This document shows, in pieces, positions 13,411 through 21,833 of a stretch of DNA of 58,431 nt; the first letter of the stretch is position 1; every line of letters begins with the position of its first letter. Below the pieces are notes generated by a model. The model worked only from the letters and a program-made list of their open reading frames with translations, had not been told where the DNA came from and did no database searches. This DNA comes from a virus: IMG/VR virus record IMGVR_UViG_3300035665_000039, positions 1 to 58,431 of that record. The stretch is one strand, 5' to 3'. The translations under genes were made by a program, and so were the position numbers.

Positions 13411-13842
13411 ATGTCCGCATTCCTCGTTCCCGACTACCACATCAACGCCCTCGTAAGCTGGGCCGCCGAGCGCCACGGCATCAACGCGGTCAGCTACTAC
13501 TGGGGCGGACGCCGTCGCGAAGTCCGCGGCCACGAGAAGCGCATCGCCTCGGTCCTGTACGCCGAGAACGTTCGCAGCGTCAACGCCCGGTACCGCGAGG
13601 CCGACGCAGCCCATGGCTTCAAGTTCAAGCGTGTGCCCAACCGACTGAACCCGATCGACGTCGTGAAGGCCTGCCACGGCTACGGCTACCAGGCTTGCGA
13701 GGCGGACGGCTGGGAGCAGTCCGAAGCCTTCGCGATCATCGCCGCCATCACGCAGTCAGCGATCCGCGCCGTGCCCGGCTACAGCGAGTCAAATGCCTGG
13801 GTTCTCAGCGATCCCAACTTCAATCAAAAGGAAGCAGCATGA
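13411..13842 (+). CDS. hypothetical protein (143 aa)
   Basis: ORF with AGGAGA upstream. Confidence 0.65.
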   Translation: MSAFLVPDYHINALVSWAAERHGINAVSYYWGGRRREVRGHEKRIASVLYAENVRSVNARYREADAAHGFKFKRVPNRLNPIDVVKACHGYGYQACEADGWEQSEAFAIIAAITQSAIRAVPGYSESNAWVLSDPNFNQKEAA

Positions 13843-13925
13843 GACGCTCAAACGATATCGTTCTGATCCTTGGCGGCGGCCTGTTCGGCGTCGCATTCGC
13901 AGTCACCCTGTTCTTTTTTCTGTAG
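13839..13925 (+). CDS. possible small membrane peptide (28 aa, MRRSNDIVLILGGGLFGVAFAVTLFFFL)
   Basis: ATGA overlap with the upstream gene. Hydrophobic. Very short. Confidence 0.35.
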   Translation: MRRSNDIVLILGGGLFGVAFAVTLFFFL

Positions 13926-13928
13926 GAG

Positions 13929-13938
13929 TATCACAATG
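13929..13938 (+). repeat. TATCACAATG motif copy (ATG is the start of 13936-14148; preceded by AGGAG)
   Basis: Exact 10-mer. Confidence 0.95.
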
Positions 13939-14148
13939 CTTACCGCCAAAGACATCGCCCAAGCCATCGCCGTCCTCAGCCGCGTCGAGAACCTCACCAT
14001 GGATCTCGCCAGGGACCCCGCCTACGTCGGGAACCTTTGCGCCGAGGCTTTTATTGCCGCCCTCCCCCTCAAGCGATCGCTCGAGAAGCTCCGGGTTCCG
14101 ATGGTCCAGCCCGAGACCACCGTCGTTCACGCTTGCATCGAAGAATAA
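13936..14148 (+). CDS. hypothetical protein (70 aa)
   Basis: Internal ATG supplied by the motif. Confidence 0.55.
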   Translation: MLTAKDIAQAIAVLSRVENLTMDLARDPAYVGNLCAEAFIAALPLKRSLEKLRVPMVQPETTVVHACIEE

Positions 14149-14161
14149 CAAGCGTTATACT
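14133..14161 (+). promoter_or_regulatory. Promoter TTGCAT-N17-TATACT with imperfect palindrome AATAAC-AAGC-GTTATA in the spacer
   Basis: Hexamers and spacing were read directly. Overlaps the stop of 13936-14148. Upstream of the recombination module. Confidence 0.55.
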
Positions 14162-14206
14162 CAAATCTGAGACGCACGTTTACAACCACTCCGAAAGGAC
14201 GCAATC

Positions 14207-14590
14207 ATGGAAGCACTTTCTCTCTCCCAACTGATCGCCACCCGCATCGCCGCCAAGCGCGCCGAAGACGAAGCGATCGCCGAGCGCCGCCGCATCGACG
14301 GCGTCATCGCCGAGATCCTCAAGGATCCCAACAAGCCCGAGGGCTCGATCTCCCAGAAAGCCGACGGCTACAAGGTCACCGTGACCTACAAGATCGATCG
14401 CAAGGTCGACACCGAGAAGCTCACCAACGACTGGGCCAAGCTCCCGCTCGACGTGCAGAACATCTTCAAGTGGTCCGCCTCCCTCTCGGTCTCCGAGTTC
14501 CGCAAGCTCGAGGACAAGGCGCAGATCTCCGCGGCTCGTTTCTTCGAAGCGAAGGAAGCCTCCCCCTCGATCAAGATCGAAGCCGTTTAA
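14207..14590 (+). CDS. hypothetical protein (127 aa)
   Basis: ORF with GAAAGGA upstream. Confidence 0.65.
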   Translation: MEALSLSQLIATRIAAKRAEDEAIAERRRIDGVIAEILKDPNKPEGSISQKADGYKVTVTYKIDRKVDTEKLTNDWAKLPLDVQNIFKWSASLSVSEFRKLEDKAQISAARFFEAKEASPSIKIEAV

Positions 14591-14602
14591 CTCGCCGGGC
14601 AG

Positions 14603-14612
14603 TATCACAATG
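14603..14612 (+). repeat. TATCACAATG motif copy (opens the 4-codon mini-ORF MPIF, 33 nt upstream of 14645)
   Basis: Exact 10-mer. Confidence 0.95.
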
Positions 14613-14644
14613 CCCATTTTCTGACGCCTACTGGAGACGACCAC

Positions 14645-15337
14645 ATGGCAATCAAACTCACTTCGACCAAGGACAGCGCCGCGATCAGCGGCCTCAAGTT
14701 CCTGGTTCACGGGCCGGCCGGTGCCGGCAAGACCTCGCTGTGCGCAACCACGGACGAGCCCACCATCATCATCAGCGCGGAGTCGGGCCTGCTCTCGCTG
14801 CGCGGTCACGACATCCCGGTCATCGAGGTCAAGGATCTGGGCTCGCTCTACGAGGCCTATGACTTCGTGGCCAACTCGGCCGACGGCCAGGGCTACAAGT
14901 GGATCTGTCTCGACTCGATCAGCGAGATCGCCGAGGTCGTGCTGAACCACGAGAAGAAGGTCGCCAAGGACCCGCGCCAAGCCTACGGTGCGCTCGCCGA
15001 GAAGATGACGGATTTGATCCGCGCCTTCCGCGACCTGCCCGGCCGCAACGTCTACTTCTCATGCAAGCAGGAGCGCGCCAAGGACGAGCAGACCGGCGCG
15101 ATGCTGTACTACCCCGCCATGCCCGGCAACATGCTCAAGCAAGGCGTCGGGTACTTCTTCGATTTCGTGTTCGCGCTGCGCGTGGAACGGGATGCCGACG
15201 GCAACCCCACGCGCTGGCTGCAGACGCAACGAGACTTCAACTACGAGGCCAAGGACCGTTCCGGCAGCCTCGACATGTTCGAAGCGCCCGACCTCGCCGG
15301 CATCGCCTCCAAGGTCATTTCCACAACCGCCAAGTAA
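14645..15337 (+). CDS. Sak4-like RecA-fold ATPase (AAA_24 type), 230 aa
   Basis: Walker A in LVHGPAGAGKTSL. The size and the following DUF669-like gene are typical of Sak4 modules. Confidence 0.7.
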   Translation: MAIKLTSTKDSAAISGLKFLVHGPAGAGKTSLCATTDEPTIIISAESGLLSLRGHDIPVIEVKDLGSLYEAYDFVANSADGQGYKWICLDSISEIAEVVLNHEKKVAKDPRQAYGALAEKMTDLIRAFRDLPGRNVYFSCKQERAKDEQTGAMLYYPAMPGNMLKQGVGYFFDFVFALRVERDADGNPTRWLQTQRDFNYEAKDRSGSLDMFEAPDLAGIASKVISTTAK

Positions 15338-15356
15338 TCCAGAAAGGACACCCATC

Positions 15357-15890
15357 ATGGCGCAACTCAACTTCGATCCCAACTCCGTCGAGAAACGCGA
15401 CAACAACTACGAGCTCCTCCCCGCCGGCTGGTACGCCGCGCAGGTCGTGGAGTCCGACGTCGTGAATCTCAACTCCGGCAACGGCCGGGCCCTGAAGCTC
15501 ACCTTCGAGGTGATCCAGCAGGGCTACCGCAACCGCAAGCTCTGGGCCAGGCTGAACATTCAGCACAACAACCCCGAGGCGGAGCGCATCGCCAAGCAGC
15601 AGCTCCGCGAGCTCTGCGAGGCAGTGAACCTGAACACCCTGCCGGATTCGAACCTGCTGCACTACAAGCCCGTGCAGATCCGCGTGAAGATCCGCAAGGA
15701 CGACACCGGTCGGTACGAGGATCAGAACGAGATCTCCGGCTTCAAGCCTCTGGGCGGCAGCCCGGATCACAACGCCGCGATCCAGCAGACCTCGTTCCCT
15801 CAGCCCCAGCAGCCCGCGGTCTCGCCTCAGGTCGCCAGCGCGCCGGCCGCCAACCAGGCCGCGACGCCCCCGTGGCTGAAGAAGGCCTGA
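15357..15890 (+). CDS. DUF669-like protein (putative ssDNA-binding partner of Sak4), 177 aa
   Basis: Internal ATG 15357. The N-terminus MAQLNFDPNSVE...YELLPAGWYAAQVVESD...LKLTFEV is typical of DUF669 (from memory). Q/P/A-rich tail. Confidence 0.6.
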   Translation: MAQLNFDPNSVEKRDNNYELLPAGWYAAQVVESDVVNLNSGNGRALKLTFEVIQQGYRNRKLWARLNIQHNNPEAERIAKQQLRELCEAVNLNTLPDSNLLHYKPVQIRVKIRKDDTGRYEDQNEISGFKPLGGSPDHNAAIQQTSFPQPQQPAVSPQVASAPAANQAATPPWLKKA

Positions 15891-15891
15891 G

Positions 15892-15901
15892 TATCACAAT
15901 A
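15892..15901 (+). repeat. Motif variant TATCACAATA
   Basis: 9/10 match, intergenic. Confidence 0.8.
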
Positions 15902-15975
15902 CTTGTGGCGAAAGCGGATGCCGTGTACCGGTCACGGACGCAGCGAGTAGCCCACCCCCAACCATGGAGCAGTCA

Positions 15976-16188
15976 ATGAATCGTCCCCAACTCTTCAACA
16001 TTCAGATGGTCGCGCCAGGCATCGAGCTTGTTCTCGAGGCGCTGGCCGAGCTTCCCATGAAGCGCTCGCAGCCCCTCTACAACGAGATCGCCACGCAGTA
16101 CGCCACCCAGCTTCAGCAACTGCGCAAAGCAGCAGAGCAGACCGCCGAAGAAACCCCCAACCCGCAACTCGAGGAGTCGCAGTCGTGA
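15976..16188 (+). CDS. hypothetical protein (70 aa; alternative start 15964)
   Basis: ATG 15976 is preceded by GGAG with a 6-nt spacer. Confidence 0.55.
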   Translation: MNRPQLFNIQMVAPGIELVLEALAELPMKRSQPLYNEIATQYATQLQQLRKAAEQTAEETPNPQLEESQS

Positions 16189-16397
16189 GCACCCGCATCT
16201 ACGCAGTGTCGTCGGAAGACGAGTTCTATCTGGTCGAAGCCTCGACCAAGCAAGCCGCCCTGAGGCACATCGCCAATCGTCGCTTCTCCGTGGAGATCGC
16301 CAAGCCGAAGGACATCGTCGGCGCGATGAGCTCCGGCGTGAAGGTCGAGGTCGCAGGCAACGAGCCGGACCTGGTCGACATTGCCCAAGCCGCTTGA
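16185..16397 (+). CDS. hypothetical protein (70 aa, GTG start)
   Basis: GTGA overlap with the upstream stop. GAGGAG lies 8 nt upstream. Confidence 0.5.
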   Translation: MSTRIYAVSSEDEFYLVEASTKQAALRHIANRRFSVEIAKPKDIVGAMSSGVKVEVAGNEPDLVDIAQAA

Positions 16398-16469
16398 GCG
16401 AGCAGGCCCGCAAGGGCCTGTACCGGTAAGGGACCGCCCTTACCCGTACAACAACCGGAGCTCACTCCC

Positions 16470-17525
16470 ATGGCAGCCTTGCCCGAATCGAACCACACCA
16501 TCGCGTCCTTGATCTACAACGCGTACGAAGCCGACGCCAAGGACTCGCGCCGCCCCCACCTGGGCGCATCGCTGATCGGCCACCACTGCGAGCGCTATCT
16601 CTGGCTCACGTTCCGCTGGGCCGGCGGCGCCAAGTTCCCCGGCCGCATGCTCAGGCTTTTCGAGACCGGCTCGCTCGAGGAAGAGCGGCTCGTCAAGAAC
16701 CTGCGCCGAATCGGCGTCGAGGTCCACGACAAGGACGCCGACGGCAAGCAGTGGAGCGTGTCCGCGGTCGACGGTCACTTCGGTGGCTCGCTCGATGGTG
16801 TCGCCCTCAACATCCCGGAGGCACCCAAAACCTGGCACGTTCTGGAATTCAAAACCCATAACGACAAGTCGTTCAAGGACCTGGTCGCCAAGAGCGTGCG
16901 CCAGTCCAAGCCCCAGCACTTCGCGCAGATGCAAATCTATATGGGGCTGCAGGGCCTCAAGCGGGCGCTCTACATGGCGGTCAACAAGAACGACGACACG
17001 GTCTACACCGAGCGCCTCGAGTTCGATCAGGACGAGTTCAGTCGCCTGATGGAGCGCGCCGAGCGCGTGATCCGTGCCGCGGAGCCTCCCCTGCGGGTCA
17101 GCAACGACCCGGCCTGGTGGCAGTGCAAGAGCTGCAACTTCTACGACCAGTGCCACGGCACCGAGATGCCCGACGTCAACTGCAGGACGTGCGCTCACTC
17201 GACACCCGTCGATGGCGCCGAATGGAACTGCGAGCAGTTTGGGATTGTCGGTCACATCGCGCAGCTCGAGTCGCACAACTGCCCGAGCCATCGCTACATC
17301 CCGATGTTCTTCAGCCGGTTCGCGTCGCAGACCGGCTATCACAATGGTGACGTGGAGTACACGCTCAACGAGAGCAAGACGACTTTCAAGAACGGTGAAG
17401 GAAGTGATGCGTTCTCGAGTTTGGAAGTGAAGTCGTGCGTCCAGAAGGAAGCTCTGGGCGGCTCGACCGGAGCGTTCAAGGCAGCGCTCGCTGACGCAGG
17501 CATTCCAGGGACGGTCATCGCATGA
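16470..17525 (+). CDS. PD-(D/E)XK nuclease, Cas4/RecB-like, with C-terminal Cys cluster (351 aa)
   Basis: Motifs GGSLDGV...LEFKT...QMQIY and CKSCNFYDQCHG...CRTC are typical of Cas4-like exonucleases. Confidence 0.65.
   Translation: MAALPESNHTIASLIYNAYEADAKDSRRPHLGASLIGHHCERYLWLTFRWAGGAKFPGRMLRLFETGSLEEERLVKNLRRIGVEVHDKDADGKQWSVSAVDGHFGGSLDGVALNIPEAPKTWHVLEFKTHNDKSFKDLVAKSVRQSKPQHFAQMQIYMGLQGLKRALYMAVNKNDDTVYTERLEFDQDEFSRLMERAERVIRAAEPPLRVSNDPAWWQCKSCNFYDQCHGTEMPDVNCRTCAHSTPVDGAEWNCEQFGIVGHIAQLESHNCPSHRYIPMFFSRFASQTGYHNGDVEYTLNESKTTFKNGEGSDAFSSLEVKSCVQKEALGGSTGAFKAALADAGIPGTVIA
17337..17346 (+). repeat. TATCACAATG motif copy inside the nuclease CDS (encodes YHNG)
   Basis: Exact 10-mer. Confidence 0.95.
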
Positions 17526-19174
17526 AGCTGCGCGACTACCAATCCCGCGCGCTCGATGACTTGTGGGCCTGGTTCAATGGTCACAACGGCGGCAACCCGA
17601 TCGTGGACGCATGCGTTGGCGCCGGCAAGTCGCTGATGATCGCAGCGCTTGCGCAGCGCGCAGACGCCCAACACCCAGGCACTCGCGTGCTGGTGCTGGT
17701 TCACCAGAAGGAGCTCCTCGAGCAAAACGTCGCCAAGCTTCTGGCCGTTTGGCCGAACGCCGACGTCGGGCTGTACAGCGCCTCGGTGGGCAAGAAGCAG
17801 CTCAACCGGCAGCTTACCTACGCAACCATCGGCAGCATCTGCAACGACGCCCACAAGCTTGGCCGCATCGACATCGTGCTGGCCGATGAGTGCCATCTGA
17901 TCAACCCCAAAGACGTCGGCATCTGGCGCGGGTTTCTCAACGACCTGGCGCTCAGCAATCCGCAGGCTCGCGTGATCGGCTGGACGGGTACACCCTTCCG
18001 CGGCAACTGGGTCTGGCTCACCGCAGGCAAGGAAGCGCTCTTCTCGCACATCGCATCGCGCGTCTCAATGCGCGAGCTCCTTGACCTTGGATTCCTCACG
18101 CCCCTCGTTCCTGCCCCCGTAGCGGCCCGTATGGACGCCTCAGCGGCGCGAATCCAGAACGGTGACTATGTCATCGCCGACCTCGAGCGCGTCGCCCTAC
18201 AGGGCGATCTGGTGCGTCGTACATGCGCAGAGATTGTCAACCTGGCTGTCAACCGCAAACGCTGGCTCGTTTTTGCGGTATCGATCGAGCACGCCAACCA
18301 GGTGCGCAACGAGCTCGAATCGCTCGGCGTAGACGTCGACATGGTCAGCGCGAAGACCGCGAAGGCTGAGCGCGAGGAGATCATCGGTCACTTCCGCGCC
18401 GGTCGCATCCGATGCCTTGTGAACGTCGCCGTGCTGACGACCGGGTTCGATGTGCCGGAAGTGGACTTCATCGCCCTGCTTCGGCCGACCAAGTCGCCGG
18501 TCCTGTACGTCCAGATCGCCGGCCGCGGGATGCGGTGCATCGGCGCTGACATCAACGAGTCGATTGCAAACGGCAAGGCCGATTGCATGTGGGCGGACTT
18601 CACCACGACCACGCTCGAGATGGGACCGGTCGATGAGATCCGCGGTCGCAACCCGAAGAAGAAAAAGAAAGGCGGCGAGACGCCCTTCGTGAACTGCGAG
18701 TCCTGCGGCAGCCAGAACCACCCGGCCGCACGCACATGCTCGAGCTGCGGTGCGGTGCTGCGCGAGGAAGAGCCAGAGAGAGATCCGCATACCGACGAAG
18801 CATCGAACGCAGCGATCCTATCCACGCAGAAGGAAAACAAGATCGTCGCGGTGCCGGTGTCTGAGGTGCGGTACTACAAGCACAACAAGCCCGGAAGCGT
18901 GCCGAGCCTGCGCGTGGAGTACTTCAGCGGCCTGGTGCGGTCAGCGAGCGAATGGGTATGTCTCTCGCACACGGGCTATCCAAGACTCAAGGCCGAGACC
19001 TGGTGGACGCGTCGATCCAAGATCGATGCGATCCCTTCGAACGTCGATGAGGCGATCGAATGGCTGAACTTCGACCAGAAGATCTTGCGCACGCCGGTAG
19101 CAATAACCATCAACAAGATGGGCTCGTACCCAACGGTCGTGTCCCATCACTGGGAAACGGAGGCTGCAGCATGA
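17522..19174 (+). CDS. DEAH-box SF2 helicase with zinc-ribbon insert (550 aa)
   Basis: Motifs GAGKS, DECH, TGTP and QIAGRGMR, plus CESCGSQNHPAARTCSSCG. Confidence 0.8.
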   Translation: MKLRDYQSRALDDLWAWFNGHNGGNPIVDACVGAGKSLMIAALAQRADAQHPGTRVLVLVHQKELLEQNVAKLLAVWPNADVGLYSASVGKKQLNRQLTYATIGSICNDAHKLGRIDIVLADECHLINPKDVGIWRGFLNDLALSNPQARVIGWTGTPFRGNWVWLTAGKEALFSHIASRVSMRELLDLGFLTPLVPAPVAARMDASAARIQNGDYVIADLERVALQGDLVRRTCAEIVNLAVNRKRWLVFAVSIEHANQVRNELESLGVDVDMVSAKTAKAEREEIIGHFRAGRIRCLVNVAVLTTGFDVPEVDFIALLRPTKSPVLYVQIAGRGMRCIGADINESIANGKADCMWADFTTTTLEMGPVDEIRGRNPKKKKKGGETPFVNCESCGSQNHPAARTCSSCGAVLREEEPERDPHTDEASNAAILSTQKENKIVAVPVSEVRYYKHNKPGSVPSLRVEYFSGLVRSASEWVCLSHTGYPRLKAETWWTRRSKIDAIPSNVDEAIEWLNFDQKILRTPVAITINKMGSYPTVVSHHWETEAAA

Positions 19175-19371
19175 ATGCAGAGAAGGAGTTGATTGAAGAG
19201 CGGCGCGCCACGCTGGCCGAGCTGATGAGAACGCTGCCGAAGCGCATGCTCGATGTATCAATCGAGCGCGGTCGTCAGTACAAGCGCGACTACCCGCGGG
19301 CCGAGAAGATGATCAAGCAGGCAAACCCTGATGTTCATGAGTTACAAAAAATGATCAATCTACTGAGGTGA
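19171..19371 (+). CDS. hypothetical protein (66 aa)
   Basis: ATGA overlap with the helicase stop. Confidence 0.5.
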   Translation: MNAEKELIEERRATLAELMRTLPKRMLDVSIERGRQYKRDYPRAEKMIKQANPDVHELQKMINLLR

Positions 19372-19373
19372 AC

Positions 19374-19574
19374 ATGGGGAAAGAAGAGTGGCGAAAGATG
19401 TTGTCGTTTCACAAGAGCGAGGTTGCTCGGCTTCAAGCGCTGAGCCCTTCGTGTCATAGCTGCTCGCACTACATGATGCGAGACAAGACTTGCGCCAAGT
19501 TCAATGCGCGCCCTCCCGATGAAGTGATGGCGGAAGGGTGTGATGAGTGGGATATGGATTCAATACCGTTTTAG
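19374..19574 (+). CDS. hypothetical Cys-rich protein (66 aa)
   Basis: ATG after GAGG with a 5-nt spacer. Contains CHSCSH...C...C. Confidence 0.5.
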   Translation: MGKEEWRKMLSFHKSEVARLQALSPSCHSCSHYMMRDKTCAKFNARPPDEVMAEGCDEWDMDSIPF

Positions 19575-19585
19575 AGGACAGATCG

Positions 19586-19861
19586 ATGCAAGCACAAGAA
19601 CTATTGGAGAAAGCGCGAAAGCACATGGAGGACCGTGCTGCAACTTATGACAAGCCTGAGGGCGAGCGCAGCATGCAAAGAACCGTTGAAGCTTTCAACA
19701 CAATCACCGGCCGCGACCTGACCGAGTCAGAAGGTTGGCTACTGCTACAAATTCTGAAAGACGTCCGAGACCGTCAGCGAGCGAGCCCGCATCAAGACAG
19801 CCTTGAGGACTGCATTGCTTACGCAGCGCTCAAGGCCGAGGCGCGTCTGAAGGGATCTTGA
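19586..19861 (+). CDS. hypothetical protein, DUF6378-like (91 aa)
   Basis: ATG after GAGGA. The pattern RAATYDKPEGERSM...FNTITGRDLTESEGWLLLQILKDVR is one I recall from that family (unverified). Confidence 0.55.
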   Translation: MQAQELLEKARKHMEDRAATYDKPEGERSMQRTVEAFNTITGRDLTESEGWLLLQILKDVRDRQRASPHQDSLEDCIAYAALKAEARLKGS

Positions 19862-19862
19862 G

Positions 19863-20084
19863 ATGCTCGACATCCTGACCGAGCGAGAGCTCTGCGCGAT
19901 CGCAGGTATCGGCCAGAAGGAGCTACTCAAGAAGTGGCTTCAAGGAAACGGGATCCCGTACCTACTGGCGCAAAGCGGATGGCCACGAGTTCATCGCAAG
20001 GCGCTCGAGCAAGCCATGGGTGTTTCCGTTCGTCCAGAGCCAACTGACAAAGCGGTCGACTTCAATTTCGAGGGACTGAAATGA
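19863..20084 (+). CDS. DUF4224-like protein, candidate excisionase/recombination directionality factor (73 aa)
   Basis: Contains LTERELCAIAGIGQKELLKKWLQGNGIPYLLAQSGWPRVHRKAL. Lies upstream of the integrase. Confidence 0.55.
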   Translation: MLDILTERELCAIAGIGQKELLKKWLQGNGIPYLLAQSGWPRVHRKALEQAMGVSVRPEPTDKAVDFNFEGLK

Positions 20085-20287
20085 ACATTCATAACGCTCT
20101 GATCGGTGTAGCGCTGATGCTCGCTACGATCGGTGGATACGTCCTTTATTGGGCGGCGTGGCGATGGGGCTTCAGTCACTTGTGGCCGAGCGGCCCGAGC
20201 TGGCTCGTGCGCCCAGAGCTACCTTCGTTCCTTGCCTCATGTATCACAGGGCTTATAATCACCTTGTCGATACTCCGAGCATCTTGA
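20081..20287 (+). CDS. small membrane protein (68 aa)
   Basis: Two hydrophobic segments. ATGA overlap upstream and TGATG overlap with int. Confidence 0.5.
   Translation: MNIHNALIGVALMLATIGGYVLYWAAWRWGFSHLWPSGPSWLVRPELPSFLASCITGLIITLSILRAS
20232..20259 (+). promoter_or_regulatory. Candidate int promoter TTGCCT-N16-TATAAT with TATCAC in the spacer
   Basis: Consensus -10 read directly. Lies inside the 20081-20287 ORF, about 28 nt upstream of the int ATG. Confidence 0.45.
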
Positions 20288-21387
20288 TGTCGCGCATCCC
20301 GCATTTCCACGAGAAGTCAGGCGTAAGCAAGAGCGGCAAGAAGTGGACCGCCTACTATCACGTTGCCAAAGTCGAGGGCAAAGTGAAGTGGACCTCGCTC
20401 GGCAGCAACCGCGTGCAGGCGCTGCGCAAGTGGGCGGACATCGAGAAGAGCCCGACGCCGACCGAAGCGGGGACGTGCGACGCGATCTACCAGGCCTTCA
20501 TGGAATGGTTCAAGGGCGAGGTCGAGGGTGGCCGCAACAAGCAGCGCACCTACGATGACCGCGAGACCTACTGGAAGACCATGAAGTCCGTCTTCTCGGG
20601 CAAGCCGATGCAGGCGATCGACTCGGTCGTCGTGCGCAAGTACATCGACAAGCGATCGGCCAAGATCAGCGCCAAGAAGGAGATGCGCTTCCTCTCGGTC
20701 ATGTGGAACTGGGCCAAGGAGCGCGGCTTCGTGACCGGGCCAAACCCTGTCACGGGTGTCAAGCTTCCGACGGAAAAGGGTCGCCAGATCGCGGTGCGCC
20801 CGGAGGACTACTGGCTGGTCTGGGAGTGCGGCGACCAGGTCGTCAAGAACGTGCTCGAGCTGGCCGCCCGTCTTGGCACCCGCCCGGACGAGCTCTTCAG
20901 CCTCGAGTGGAAGCAGGTCGACTACCGATCCAGCCCCATCTCGATCCGCGTCTGGCAGTCCAAGGGCGACGAACCCAGGACCGTGATCGCAGACGACGAG
21001 CTGGAGGCCCTAATCGGGCGCCTACGGGGCGATCGGGAGGTGCCCAAGGGGTTCGTGCTCACCACGGAGAAAGGCGAGCGCCTGAGCACGACTGGGGCCT
21101 TCCGCTACCGGTTCAGCCTGGCCAGGGATCTGGCCGAGACCAAGGCCGAGAAGCTTGGCATTGAGTTTGAGCGGTTCCAGCACCGCGACATCCGACCCAT
21201 GGCCGGCATCTCGACCATGCAGTCCGAGGGGATGGAAGCAGCCCGGCGACTGCTCGGTCACACGACCGAAAAGATGACCGCGCACTACACCTCGAAGCGG
21301 ATCGGGACGGTCGGGAGATCGGCTCCGGTTAGAAGTACTTCTAACCTATCACAAAATATAACCGAGGCCGGAGAGCTAAGTGACTGA
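20287..21387 (+). CDS. int: Tyrosine integrase (366 aa)
   Basis: The C-terminal HRDIRPMAG...LLGHTTEKMTAHY fits the R-H-R-Y catalytic pattern. Adjacent tRNA-derived attP. Confidence 0.85.
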   Translation: MSRIPHFHEKSGVSKSGKKWTAYYHVAKVEGKVKWTSLGSNRVQALRKWADIEKSPTPTEAGTCDAIYQAFMEWFKGEVEGGRNKQRTYDDRETYWKTMKSVFSGKPMQAIDSVVVRKYIDKRSAKISAKKEMRFLSVMWNWAKERGFVTGPNPVTGVKLPTEKGRQIAVRPEDYWLVWECGDQVVKNVLELAARLGTRPDELFSLEWKQVDYRSSPISIRVWQSKGDEPRTVIADDELEALIGRLRGDREVPKGFVLTTEKGERLSTTGAFRYRFSLARDLAETKAEKLGIEFERFQHRDIRPMAGISTMQSEGMEAARRLLGHTTEKMTAHYTSKRIGTVGRSAPVRSTSNLSQNITEAGELSD

Positions 21388-21393
21388 TTTATT

Positions 21394-21445
21394 TGGAGGC
21401 GCGAGCCGGAATCGAACCGACGTACACGGCTTTGCAGGCCGTTGC
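21394..21445 (-). other. attP core: 3' portion (about 50 nt) of a tRNA-Cys(GCA) gene
   Basis: The reverse complement reads ...ACGGC-CTGCAAA-GCCGT (anticodon arm, GCA), GTAC, GTCGG-TTCGATT-CCGGC (T arm), TCGCGCC-TCCA. No matching 5' acceptor or D arm lies upstream. Confidence 0.8.
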
Positions 21446-21514
21446 GTTATCACAACTAATTTGGCTCAACCATGCGGGTTTGCGGGCGATTTGGGGGTTC
21501 GATTACTTCTAAAT

Positions 21515-21524
21515 TATCACAATG
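21515..21524 (+). repeat. TATCACAATG motif copy (opens the 8-codon mini-ORF MLVGLQPA between attP and 21591)
   Basis: Exact 10-mer. Confidence 0.95.
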
Positions 21525-21590
21525 CTTGTAGGCTTGCAACCCGCATGAATGCTTGTTTCCCCCACCGCGTTTAGAAGTGAAAGGACAACG

Positions 21591-21833
21591 ATGAACGCAC
21601 CTAGCAACGACACCCTGACCTTCGGCGAGAAAGCCGTTGGTATGACATTCAACCCCAGCTACGACCCGACGGTCGAAGCCATCAAGCGCAGATGCGCCGA
21701 CCTGATCGATGAGATCCACGAGCTGCGCACCAACCAGCCCAACGGGGAGATCGCGCGCATGGCCAGCATTGCCATCACTGAGATTCAGTCGGCTCAGATG
21801 TGGGCAGTCAAAGCAGCGACGTGGAGGTTCTGA
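21591..21833 (+). CDS. small helical protein (80 aa), possibly related to the phage family that includes cyclic-nucleotide sponges (unverified)
   Basis: ATG after GAAAGGA. Motifs LTFGEKAVGMTFNPSYDPTVEAIKRRCADLIDEI and ITEIQSAQMWAVKAATW. Confidence 0.6.
   Translation: MNAPSNDTLTFGEKAVGMTFNPSYDPTVEAIKRRCADLIDEIHELRTNQPNGEIARMASIAITEIQSAQMWAVKAATWRF

Noticed and set aside
21394-21480. A complete tRNA gene.
   Set aside because: Only the anticodon arm, T arm and 3' acceptor are present. No complementary 5' acceptor strand (GGCGCGA) or D arm follows, so I interpret it as an attP fragment.
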